Source: a candidate division Kazan bacterium (lineage in GTDB: Bacteria > Patescibacteriota > Kazan-3B-28). Taken from it: 64,000 bases of DNA. Position 1 is the first letter of the stretch. Each line of letters starts with the position of its first letter. The notes under the pieces were generated by a model, which was not told the origin of the DNA, did not search any database, and saw only the letters and a list, made by a program, of their open reading frames with translations. The position numbers and the translations under genes were made by a program. The stretch spans positions 65,151 through 129,150 of the forward strand of contig QMNG01000002.1 in assembly GCA_003647645.1 (NCBI GenBank), given 5' to 3'. Below, piece by piece: positions 43,422 to 51,143 of this stretch.

Positions 43422-44696
43422 ATGATAAAAACGAAAAAAACCACTCTCAAGAACAAGTTGCGCATATTGGTTTCGCCGATGAAATCAACAGAGGCTGTTA
43501 CAGTGATGATTTTGTGCCGAGCCGGTTCGCGCTACGAAACAAAAAAAATCAATGGCATAGCTCACTTTTTAGAGCATATGTTCTTCAAGGGTGGCGATCG
43601 TTATCCTACTCCCCGCTCGGTATCAGAGGCAATTGACGGCATCGGGGGTGTTTTTAATGCTTTCACCGGCAATGAATATGTCGGTTACTACGTGAAGGTT
43701 GCCAAAGAAAAAATAGATACCGCTTTTGATGTGCTATCTGATATGCTCGTCAATGCCAAATTTGATAAAGACGGATTAAATCGCGAGCGGGGCGTCATCC
43801 TAGAGGAATACAATATGTACGAGGACCTCCCAATGCAAAATATCGGAGATACTTTTGAACGGATGTTGCTGGGTGATCACCCCTTAGGCTGGCCAACTAT
43901 CGGCTCAAAGTCAGTAATTAAGTCAGTCAAGCGGCAGGATTTCATCAACTATCGCAAAAAGTTATATACTCCGCCGAACCTTGTGGTATCGGTCTCCGGC
44001 AATACCTCCACAGCTGAGGTGAAAAAACTTGTAAATAAATATCTGCCGTTTAAAACCAGCGGGAAAAAGAATCGCCCGCTTCCCTATCGAGCTCCCCAAA
44101 AGCATTCTAAAAAAATTAAGGTTATTTATAAAAAAACTGAACAGGCCCACCTCGTTCTCGGGGTGCCCACCTTCGGCGGCACACACCCCGATAAGTATGT
44201 TGCTAAGGTGTTAGCCACCATATTGGGCAAAGGCATGAGTTCTCGGCTGTTTACGAGCGTTAGGGAACGTCTGGGGCTAGCTTATTATGTAAGAGCAGGT
44301 TCCAATCACTACACCGATGCCGGCTATTTTGCTGTTAGTGCTGGTGTAGATGTAAATCGCATCAATTTGGCAATAAAAACTATTCTCAATGAGTTTAGGG
44401 AAATAACTAATAAGTTGGTATCAGCCAAAGAATTAAAAAAAGCCAAAGAGTATATGATTGGCGGATTGGTTTTGGGGTTGGAGGATTCTGAGGCAGTCGC
44501 TTATAGTTTTGGCACTCGCGAACTGCTGTATGATGATATTGTTACTGTCAATGAAATAAAGAAGAAAATCCGCTCTGTTACGGTCAAACAGATTCAAAGA
44601 CTAGCCAAACGGATATTTAGAGACCAAAATCTGGTGTTGGCGGTCATCGGACCCTATAAAAATACTGATAAAATTAAAAAAGTCGTTAAATTGTAG
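43422..44696 (+). CDS. M16-family (pitrilysin-like) zinc peptidase
   Basis: Inverted zinc motif HFLEHMFFKG (HxxEH) near the N-terminus. 424 aa two-domain architecture. Confidence 0.85.
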   Translation: MIKTKKTTLKNKLRILVSPMKSTEAVTVMILCRAGSRYETKKINGIAHFLEHMFFKGGDRYPTPRSVSEAIDGIGGVFNAFTGNEYVGYYVKVAKEKIDTAFDVLSDMLVNAKFDKDGLNRERGVILEEYNMYEDLPMQNIGDTFERMLLGDHPLGWPTIGSKSVIKSVKRQDFINYRKKLYTPPNLVVSVSGNTSTAEVKKLVNKYLPFKTSGKKNRPLPYRAPQKHSKKIKVIYKKTEQAHLVLGVPTFGGTHPDKYVAKVLATILGKGMSSRLFTSVRERLGLAYYVRAGSNHYTDAGYFAVSAGVDVNRINLAIKTILNEFREITNKLVSAKELKKAKEYMIGGLVLGLEDSEAVAYSFGTRELLYDDIVTVNEIKKKIRSVTVKQIQRLAKRIFRDQNLVLAVIGPYKNTDKIKKVVKL

Positions 44697-44705
44697 GAGG
44701 CAATT

Positions 44706-45230
44706 ATGGAAAGAAGTTTTGTCATGCTCAAACCAGATGCGCTGAAAAGAGGTCTGGCAGATAAGATTATCAAACGATTTACTGATGCCGGGCTCAGTAT
44801 TACAGCTCAAAAGAAAATGACAGCTAGTCAGGAAATTGTGGAACAGCACTACCCTATTGATGATGAGGACTATGTTATCGGGCTGGGTCATAAAGACACC
44901 AGTAATCTGTCAGAAACCGAAAAAACAGAAATTTACGACAAAAATATGTTCATCATCAAGGCTATGCACAAATTTATGCGCTCTGGTCCTGTTATTGCTA
45001 TGATTATTGAAGGGCCAAAAGGCACGATTAAAAAAATCCGTGAAATAGTTGGGAAAACCAACCCGCCTGAAGCCGCTCCTGGTACTATCAGAGGCGATTT
45101 TGGCGAGGATTCCTATGAGCAGGCCGACAAGGAGGGCAGATCTGTCCACAATCTCGTTCACGCTTCCGGAACCTCGGCAGAGGCCGAGCGTGAAATCAAG
45201 CTCTGGTTTCCTGAACTGGCGCAGAAGTGA
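44706..45230 (+). CDS. ndk: Nucleoside diphosphate kinase (with internal insertion)
   Basis: ERSFVMLKPDA, TIRGDFG and active-site NLVHASG motifs. At 174 aa it is longer than the usual ~140-150 aa. Confidence 0.85.
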   Translation: MERSFVMLKPDALKRGLADKIIKRFTDAGLSITAQKKMTASQEIVEQHYPIDDEDYVIGLGHKDTSNLSETEKTEIYDKNMFIIKAMHKFMRSGPVIAMIIEGPKGTIKKIREIVGKTNPPEAAPGTIRGDFGEDSYEQADKEGRSVHNLVHASGTSAEAEREIKLWFPELAQK

Positions 45231-45257
45231 ATTGACGTTAAAATTATCTAGAATTGA

Positions 45258-45295
45258 TGAACGGCTCATAATATGAGCCGTTCACCTTTTTCTTG
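45258..45295 (+). terminator. Rho-independent terminator after ndk
   Basis: Perfect 12-bp stem TGAACGGCTCAT-AAT-ATGAGCCGTTCA followed by CCTTTTTCTT. Confidence 0.85.
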
Positions 45296-45663
45296 TCCCT
45301 ATCTCCTTGCGTTCTACTCTTCACTTTTCCATCATTTGACATTGTTTTAGAATTTGTTTTATATTTAGCTGGACTGGGGAAAACATTAGACTAAACTTGT
45401 CCCTTAACAATCAACAGGTATATTGCTTCACCGTAATAGTTGCTTGTTCTTTGTTGAGGGAGAGACAGGGCTAGCGCATAGAGCCCCCATAACTTAATAG
45501 CACAAGTTTGTCTCTCCCCTTTTTGAATTTAAAATTGTCTCCCGTCGCCCAGTATTTATGTACTTATTTTTGTGTTTCTATGCGGTTATTGTTTCCTCTT
45601 GACAAATCCTATGGTATCTTTCCATATCACGAATTTTTTTATTCCAAAATTGGCAAAAGCCAA

Positions 45664-45753
45664 TGTGGATAACTCCCCTCTTTTTAAAAGTTATCCACAT
45701 TAATATACAAAATATTTATGGCATAAATATTTTCAAAAAGAGAGTTATCCACC
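45664..45753. promoter_or_regulatory. Cluster of DnaA-box 9-mers (two perfect, one 8/9)
   Basis: TGTGGATAA at 45664-45672 (reverse-strand TTATCCACA), TTATCCACA at 45691-45699, TTATCCACC at 45745-45753. A fourth perfect box (TGTGGATAA) lies at 46363-46371. Confidence 0.6.
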
Positions 45754-45760
45754 TACAAGA

Positions 45761-45825
45761 GTGTTGTAGGTGTTTTGATTATTCCGCTTCCATATTATAT
45801 AAAAGACCTACAAGACCCTTGTAAC
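45761..45825 (+). repeat. 65-bp perfect direct repeat, copy 1
   Basis: GTGTTGTAGGTGTTTTGATTATTCCGCTTCCATATTATATAAAAGACCTACAAGACCCTTGTAAC, identical to 46202-46266. Contains a TTGATT-17-TATAAA promoter-like element. Confidence 0.9.
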
Positions 45826-46201
45826 TTGACAAATTAATAAAAAAATGACGATTTTTTTATAGGTGTAGAAAAATCAAAAAATATTATGACATAAAACTGA
45901 CCTACAAATCAAATGTAGGTACCTACAAGACCCTTGTAACCTCACCTACAACGCCCTTGTAGGTCATGACAATTTTGGTTACAAGCGTGTTGTAGGTCTA
46001 CAATCTTTGAAAATCCGCTACCATACTATATATGTGTATGTCAGTGTTTTATAATGATCAAAAAATATAGGCAAAAAAATTGGGGGTTGCAAGACCCTTG
46101 TAGGTTGACCTATAATGGTCTTGTAGGTACCTACAAGACCATGTTAACCCTCGCAGCAATTTTTGCCATTTTAGTGATTTTTTACGCCAGCACCTAACAC
46201 G

Positions 46202-46266
46202 GTGTTGTAGGTGTTTTGATTATTCCGCTTCCATATTATATAAAAGACCTACAAGACCCTTGTAAC
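46202..46266 (+). repeat. 65-bp perfect direct repeat, copy 2 (immediately upstream of the MerR-like gene)
   Basis: Identical to 45761-45825. The embedded TTGATT (46216-46221) / TATAAA (46239-46244) pair lies ~60 nt upstream of the ATG at 46307. Confidence 0.9.
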
Positions 46267-46306
46267 CCCCAAAATTACGATTTGCTAATATAACTTCGAA
46301 AAAATT

Positions 46307-46891
46307 ATGAAAATTGAACAAAAAGTCGAATTGAAAAAAGTCGAAAAATCGAGAAATCCCAATGTGGATAACTTTCAAGTCTCGTCCGATTCTAATATTG
46401 AAACTTACTCTTTATCCGAAGTTGCCAAATATTTAAATGTTAATGAGGGGACTCTGCGCAACTGGGAGAAAAGATTCAGTGAATTTCTTTCTAATTATCG
46501 TAATCAGCTTAATCATAGGGCCTTTACCGAAGGTGATGTTAAGGTGTTAGAACGTATCAAAGCTCTAATAGAATCAGGTCTTTTCACCCAATCTGGCGTT
46601 AAGCACATGCTGAGCAATAAAAGGGGTTCCCGGTCCGGGGGCGCCAATCAAGAGGGGATTGTTCCGGTAGAAAATATGTTCGCCAAACCTCCTTCAGGAG
46701 TAGCCCAGATGGATGACAAGTACAAAGAAAAGCTACTGATGGCGCTCAACTCCTTAGGTTCAGAAATTCACGCTCTCAGACGCGAAACTAGAGAGGATTT
46801 AAAAGAATCGCTAAAACGTGAGATTGAACATCTAACTTTATTGCTTTTTCCACCAGAAAAGCCAAAACGACCTTGGTGGAAGATCTGGTAG
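46307..46891 (+). CDS. MerR-like helix-turn-helix protein with C-terminal coiled-coil region
   Basis: 194 aa. YSLSEVAKYLNVNEGTLRNWEKRF is a MerR/HTH_17-type recognition unit. A perfect DnaA box lies within codons 19-22. Confidence 0.65.
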   Translation: MKIEQKVELKKVEKSRNPNVDNFQVSSDSNIETYSLSEVAKYLNVNEGTLRNWEKRFSEFLSNYRNQLNHRAFTEGDVKVLERIKALIESGLFTQSGVKHMLSNKRGSRSGGANQEGIVPVENMFAKPPSGVAQMDDKYKEKLLMALNSLGSEIHALRRETREDLKESLKREIEHLTLLLFPPEKPKRPWWKIW

Positions 46892-46992
46892 ATTCCGCCG
46901 ATCGGTGAAGAGGAAGGGGGACTCAGTATTCTTTTCCTCAGGTTGTGTACATTATCAATCGGGAGAGAACATCTTCCCAAAGGAGGTAACAG

Positions 46993-47256
46993 GTGGCCGA
47001 GGAAACCTCTGTACAGGAGGTAGTGATGTGTGACTTCCACAAAAGAGTCCTTCCCGGAAGGTTAGTGGATGTGCCCGTCGGAAGCAAGAGATTCGGTTTT
47101 CACGGTGTCGAAGAAACCAGCTTAGCACTGCGCTTTCTCTGTTATCAGTGTGCCGATCGGGTTGAAAGAAAGGATATGTTTCTTTCAACCGATCTGGTTA
47201 CATACCTTGACGGAAGCGGCGAACCAATCAGGCCAAGTCGGGAGATGTTAGTTTAG
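46993..47256 (+). CDS. Small hypothetical Cys/His-containing protein
   Basis: GTG start 6 nt after AAGGAGG. 87 aa with C-x2-H ... C-x2-C spacing (CDFH, CYQC). Followed by a terminator. Confidence 0.5.
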   Translation: MAEETSVQEVVMCDFHKRVLPGRLVDVPVGSKRFGFHGVEETSLALRFLCYQCADRVERKDMFLSTDLVTYLDGSGEPIRPSREMLV

Positions 47257-47257
47257 C

Positions 47258-47290
47258 GGCGGTTATCTCCGGATAGCCGCCATTTTTTAT
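47258..47290 (+). terminator. Rho-independent terminator
   Basis: 10-bp stem GGCGGTTATC / GGATAGCCGC(C) followed by ATTTTTTAT. Confidence 0.8.
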
Positions 47291-47400
47291 CTGTAAGATA
47301 TTTGTCTCGCTAAAAAAGTTTATAAAACGGGCTGACAAACGCCATAATCAGGGTATCATTGGTGAAGATAACAAAATTTCTAGATAATTAGTAGTGTGCT

Positions 47401-48684
47401 ATGAAAAAAGCCATTGTGAAGCCAAAAAAGGTGAAAAAACGTAACTGGCGGGATCACTTTAAGCCCAGTGAAAACTTCAAGTTGGATAAAAACTATCCCA
47501 AACCAACTGTTTTTGTAGCGATGAGTGGGGGGGTGGACTCCTCCGTAGCCGCCTATTTGCTGAAAAAAGAGGGTTATCAGGTGGTGGGGGTGTTCATGAA
47601 GAACTGGTCTTTCCCTGAAGTTTCTCTGAAACACTGCCAATTGTTCAAAGATTACAAGGACATGGTAAAAGTCTGTAAATTTCTGAAGATTCCATATCTG
47701 GTCTTTAGCTTTGAAAAGGAATACAAAAAACGGGTGATGGAAAGGTTTTTTAGGGAATACAAGACCGACCGTACACCAAATCCGGATATTTTGTGCAATA
47801 CCGAGATTAAGTTTGACCTGTTTTTGAAGAAAGCAATCAAACTGGGCGCTGATTTAATCGCTACCGGACACCATATAAGGCGCAAATGTGCCAATGACCA
47901 ATTATCAATTACCAATGGTCAATGTAAGAAATATCATTTATTAAAGGGAAAAGACGCTATAAAAGACCAAACTTACTTTGTTTATAATTTAACACAAAAC
48001 CAGCTCTCACACTGTCTTTTTCCGATAGGGGAGTACTCAAAAGACCAAATCCGCAAGATTGCTCATAAATTAGGGCTTCCGACTGCCTACAAACGGGATA
48101 GCCAGGGGATTTGCTTCATCGGCAGGATCAACGTAAAAGATTTTCTTAAGACCAAAATTGCAGAGCGGGAAGGAAATATTGTCGATATGAAAGGAAATGT
48201 GCTTGGCAAACATGAGGGAGCTTGGTTTTACACTATCGGCCAGAGGCGAATTGACGGACTTTCTGGAACTACTAAGCCGTTGTATGTGGTAGCCACGGAT
48301 GTAAAGAAAAATCTGGTAATTGTTGGTCCAGACAGGGCGACCTATCGCAAAGGCGTAATTCTGGAGAAGTTCCATCTGATTGATAAAAGTTACTTCAGTT
48401 GTCATCCTGAGCGAAGCGTAGCGAAGTCGAAGGATCTTATAAAACAGATTCCTCGACAAGCTCGGAATGACAGGGGAAAAAGCGGAAATGAAAGCTATGG
48501 TGGTTTAACTGCCAAACCCCGCTATGGGCCTGAAGTTTATCCCGGAAAACTTGAAAAAAGAGGCAGAACATGGCGTTTCATGTTTACTAAGCCCCAAAGG
48601 GCTCTCACCCCGGGACAATCTCTGGTAATTTATGACAAAGATGTCTGTTTGGGCGGGGGAGTTATAAAGAAAATTATCAATTAA
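47401..48684 (+). CDS. mnmA: tRNA-specific 2-thiouridylase MnmA carrying two in-frame repeat-derived insertions
   Basis: PP-loop VAMSGGVDSSVAAYLL, RTPNPDILCN, ATGHH, KDQTYF, GICFIG and C-terminal TPGQSLVIYDKDVCLGGGVI match MnmA. At 427 aa it is ~60 aa longer than the E. coli protein as I recall it. The extra segments coincide with dispersed repeats. Confidence 0.88.
   Translation: MKKAIVKPKKVKKRNWRDHFKPSENFKLDKNYPKPTVFVAMSGGVDSSVAAYLLKKEGYQVVGVFMKNWSFPEVSLKHCQLFKDYKDMVKVCKFLKIPYLVFSFEKEYKKRVMERFFREYKTDRTPNPDILCNTEIKFDLFLKKAIKLGADLIATGHHIRRKCANDQLSITNGQCKKYHLLKGKDAIKDQTYFVYNLTQNQLSHCLFPIGEYSKDQIRKIAHKLGLPTAYKRDSQGICFIGRINVKDFLKTKIAEREGNIVDMKGNVLGKHEGAWFYTIGQRRIDGLSGTTKPLYVVATDVKKNLVIVGPDRATYRKGVILEKFHLIDKSYFSCHPERSVAKSKDLIKQIPRQARNDRGKSGNESYGGLTAKPRYGPEVYPGKLEKRGRTWRFMFTKPQRALTPGQSLVIYDKDVCLGGGVIKKIIN
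47891..47925. repeat. CAATTA(A/C)CAAT-type short repeat inside mnmA
   Basis: CCAATGACCAATTATCAATTACCAATGGTCAATG resembles the tRNA-associated repeat segment at 6105-6140 and 16243-16280. It encodes ANDQLSITNGQC. Confidence 0.6.
48401..48472. repeat. Palindromic MITE-like element inserted in frame in mnmA
   Basis: GTCATCCTGAGCGAAGCGTAGCGAAGTCGAAGGATC...GATTCCTCGACAAGCTCGGAATGAC. The termini are inverted complements. It encodes SCHPERSVAKSKDLIKQIPRQARND. Confidence 0.75.
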
Positions 48685-48703
48685 CAATTACCAATTGACA
48701 ATG
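48676..48703. repeat. CAATTAACAAT-type short repeat overlapping the mnmA stop
   Basis: ATCAATTAACAATTACCAATTGACAATG. Confidence 0.5.
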
Positions 48704-48740
48704 AAAGACAGTGAACAGAGTGTAGAGAAATAATAAAAAT

Positions 48741-48800
48741 ATCTCCTGAGCGTAGTCGAAGGACTACCCAATGTAACTCTTCGACAAGCTCAGAGAATAA
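48741..48800. repeat. Palindromic MITE-like element
   Basis: ATCTCCTGAGCGTAGTCGAAGGAC...CTCTTCGACAAGCTCAGAGAATAA. Confidence 0.7.
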
Positions 48801-48867
48801 AAAATAATGATTCCAGATTCTAACTTAATTGTAATATAACTAACCTATAAAACGGATATAACTAAAT

Positions 48868-49428
48868 ATGGCAGAATCTGCTTCTCGCAAGGCCCCGAGC
48901 ACAACCGAAGGGCAACAACTGAATAAATTAGCTCTTAATGCCCAAAATGGCGACGATGAGGCCTTTGGACAGATTTTTGATGAAATTTCGGATAGAATAT
49001 ACAGATTTTTAGCTTTTAGAGTAGTAAATCAGGAAGATGCCAAAGATCTGACCAGCCAGACATTCCTCGAGGCGTGGCAGAATTTGTCCAGGTTTGACCC
49101 AAATAAGAGCTTTTTAACCTGGATTTTCACAATAGCCAGATATAAATTAATCGACCATTATCGTAAATATAAGTCCACAGTTTCACTTGATGCTGTAACA
49201 AATCTGGTAGACAGTACGGATATACAGACAGAAACGGAAAATAAAGCGGCATCAGAGCAAGTTTTGTCTGCTCTCAACCGCTTGCCCGAACTTTATCAGA
49301 CAGTTTTGAAGCTGAAGCTGGTCGAAGAGCTGAAATATTCAGAAATTGCCGAGATCACCGGTAGAAGTGAGAATAATTTAAGAGTCATAGTTAAACGGGG
49401 ATTAGATAAATTGCGAAGCAATTTATAA
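48868..49428 (+). CDS. ECF-type (group 4) sigma-70 family sigma factor, copy 1
   Basis: 186 aa. Region 2 (DAKDLTSQTFLEAWQNLSRFD, FLTWIFTIARYKLIDHYRK) and region 4 HTH (YSEIAEITGRSENNLRVIVKRGLDKLR). Confidence 0.85.
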   Translation: MAESASRKAPSTTEGQQLNKLALNAQNGDDEAFGQIFDEISDRIYRFLAFRVVNQEDAKDLTSQTFLEAWQNLSRFDPNKSFLTWIFTIARYKLIDHYRKYKSTVSLDAVTNLVDSTDIQTETENKAASEQVLSALNRLPELYQTVLKLKLVEELKYSEIAEITGRSENNLRVIVKRGLDKLRSNL

Positions 49429-49466
49429 AATAATAAAACTTGTCCTCTCCAATAACAAAACTTGTC

Positions 49467-49811
49467 CTCGGGCTTGACCCGGGGACCCAGAAAGAAAAAT
49501 GGCTGGTTATTTATATATTCTTTCTAATCAGAAAAACGGTACTCTGTATATTGGTGCGTCATCTGCTCTAGTTAAAAGAATTTGGGAACATAAAAACAAA
49601 TTTATACCTGGGTTTAGCCAAAAGTATCATCTCAACAGATTAGTATATTATGAACAATTTGGCGATGTTATCTCAGCTCGCGCCAGGGAAAGGCAACTTA
49701 AGAAATGGAAACGGAGCTGGAAGATAGATCTAATCGAAAAAGATAATCCAACCTGGAAAGATTTATATCCATCAATAATTGGTTTTTCTGGACCTCCGGG
49801 TCAAGCCCGAA
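49467..49811. mobile_element. GIY-YIG nuclease cassette bracketed by 15-bp inverted repeats, inserted between sigma factor and its partner gene
   Basis: TCGGGCTTGACCCGG (49467-49481) and its exact complement CCGGGTCAAGCCCGA (49797-49811) flank the ORF body. The second sigma/partner pair in the window lacks such an insert. Confidence 0.5.
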
Positions 49812-49846
49812 GGAAAGAAGAAAAAGAGCCCGAAGGAAAGAAATAA
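49499..49846 (+). CDS. GIY-YIG family small nuclease
   Basis: GYLYILSNQKNGTLYIGASSALVKRIWEH (GIY...YIG) plus RERQLKKWKR. Confidence 0.85.
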   Translation: MAGYLYILSNQKNGTLYIGASSALVKRIWEHKNKFIPGFSQKYHLNRLVYYEQFGDVISARARERQLKKWKRSWKIDLIEKDNPTWKDLYPSIIGFSGPPGQARRKEEKEPEGKK

Positions 49847-49848
49847 TT

Positions 49849-50778
49849 ATGAATATGAAAAAGCCTAATTTAACTGACAAAGAACTAGCCAAAATTCTGA
49901 AAAAAGCAGGAGCTGGCTTCAAATTATCCGATTTTGACAAGGGGATTATGCGGGCTGAGCTTAGCGATGTAATAAAAACAGATTTACAACGAAATAACAA
50001 AGGGTCGAAAATTAAAGATATTATTAACCCAAGGAGGTTAGCTATGCCATTAATACCTATGATCATTGCGATTATCATTGCTTTGGGCGGCGGAACTGCC
50101 GTTTTGGCCGACAGCGCCAATCCCGGTGACTTTCTCTACCCTGTAGATCAATGGGTTGAGGGGATTCAGGGCAGATTCATGCGCTCCGACGAAGCTAGAG
50201 CCATTTGGCAAGCTCGTTTGGGTGAAGAAAGGCTCAAAGAATACCAAGCTCTTCACAGCATCGATCCCGCTAATCTGACCGAAGAGCAGGCGGCTTTGCT
50301 TGAACAGCATAGACAAGAAGCTACTGAGCGCCTGCAGAATCGCCTTAAAGGCGTCCGTAATGCTCAGGAACAGCTTGAGGCTAAGCTGGAGTCTGCTACT
50401 GACGATACCGTTTATCAGGGAGTAGAAAATGCCCTGAAACGACTGGAGGAGATCGAAGCCCGCCAGGAGGCCAGGATCGCCGAGATAGAAAGAGGTATCG
50501 ACTTTCCCAAGATCAACGCCGAGGCTAAGCGCAAATTCGAAGAGATGAGACGCGAACACAAGGCCGAGATGGAAAAAATTCGTGAGCAAATTCGTGAACA
50601 GATTGACGAATGGGTTGAAGATTTGAATCCTTATCAAGTTCCTAAAAATCCTGTTCCTGAGCCGGAGCCGCTTGATGATGAAGCTGTGGTAAATGATAGT
50701 TCCGACAGTGACAATTCAGAGGCCGGTCAGAACGACAGGTTCGGTGGCTTTGGGAGAGTTATAAAGGATATTTTCTAA
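49849..50778 (+). CDS. Single-pass membrane protein, sigma-factor partner (candidate anti-sigma; DUF5667-like ectodomain + coiled coil)
   Basis: 309 aa. TM helix MPLIPMIIAIIIALGGGTAVLA followed by DSANPGDFLYPVDQWVEG. Paralogous to 51850-52836, which has the same TM-PGSFWYP arrangement. Confidence 0.65.
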   Translation: MNMKKPNLTDKELAKILKKAGAGFKLSDFDKGIMRAELSDVIKTDLQRNNKGSKIKDIINPRRLAMPLIPMIIAIIIALGGGTAVLADSANPGDFLYPVDQWVEGIQGRFMRSDEARAIWQARLGEERLKEYQALHSIDPANLTEEQAALLEQHRQEATERLQNRLKGVRNAQEQLEAKLESATDDTVYQGVENALKRLEEIEARQEARIAEIERGIDFPKINAEAKRKFEEMRREHKAEMEKIREQIREQIDEWVEDLNPYQVPKNPVPEPEPLDDEAVVNDSSDSDNSEAGQNDRFGGFGRVIKDIF

Positions 50779-50803
50779 ACCCGAGCAAGATTATCGAAAA
50801 TTT

Positions 50804-50835
50804 AAAACCTCTCCTTTTACCGGGGGAGGTTTTAG
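50804..50835 (+). terminator. Rho-independent terminator
   Basis: AAAACCTCTCC-TTTTACCG-GGGGAGGTTTT. Confidence 0.7.
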
Positions 50836-50865
50836 TTGGTTGTTATCTCTTTATCGTTATTCTAA

Positions 50866-50952
50866 ATATATACTATTTCCCGAGCCTGTCGAAGGATTAC
50901 ATTGTAGTTGTTTATATTTCCCTTTCGGGATTTCTAGTCAAGCTCAGAATGA
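50866..50952. repeat. Palindromic MITE-like element
   Basis: ATATATACTATTTCCCGAGCCTGTCGAAGGAT...GGGATTTCTAGTCAAGCTCAGAATGAC. Confidence 0.65.
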
Positions 50953-51143
50953 CAGTAGGGTATTTTATTCTCTATTCCTTGTATTTTTATCTGCAAATAG
51001 CTACAATACTAGAAGTTGAAGGGACTTAAACAGTAACGATTTGTGCATTAAGTCAAATGGAGAATGTTCGGTACTAGAGCAGGTTTTTAATACATTGTGT
51101 AACAAAAATATGGTTATAATCGTTATAGATAGTGTAAGGTCAT

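Larger units (their letters stand above)
45751..46268. repeat. Array of ~11 palindromic 20-23-bp units, consensus (A)CCTACAAG-N3-5-CTTGTAGG(T)
   Basis: Units at 45751-45772, 45805-45825, 45901-45920, 45921-45941, 45944-45966, 45978-45998, 46086-46106, 46107-46128, 46129-46149, 46191-46213 and 46247-46268. Spacing is irregular and some units abut. Confidence 0.85.

Noticed and set aside
43213-43425. A 70-aa ORF overlapping the end of the zinc-ribbon gene and its terminator.
   Set aside because: It spans a rho-independent terminator and intergenic sequence. It has no RBS and is out of frame with the supported small gene.
45751-46268. Possible CRISPR array, given the many ~21-bp repeats in a non-coding region.
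   Set aside because: The units are palindromic operators with irregular spacing. Several abut with no spacer, there are no uniform unique spacers, and no cas genes lie nearby.
45664-46371. Calling this region the chromosomal oriC outright.
   Set aside because: There is no dnaA/dnaN nearby and genes on both sides stay on the + strand, with no leading-strand switch. It is kept as a candidate origin or regulatory hub only. It needs GC-skew and read-depth evidence that I cannot compute here.
10952-50637. Other long antisense ORFs inside confidently assigned genes: 10952-11404, 23364-23879, 25365-25784, 32352-32918, 38282-38740, 44910-45269, 50050-50637, 56282-56701 and others.
   Set aside because: Each is fully embedded in a longer opposite-strand gene that has clear motifs or family support. 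None has start signals or recognisable domains.
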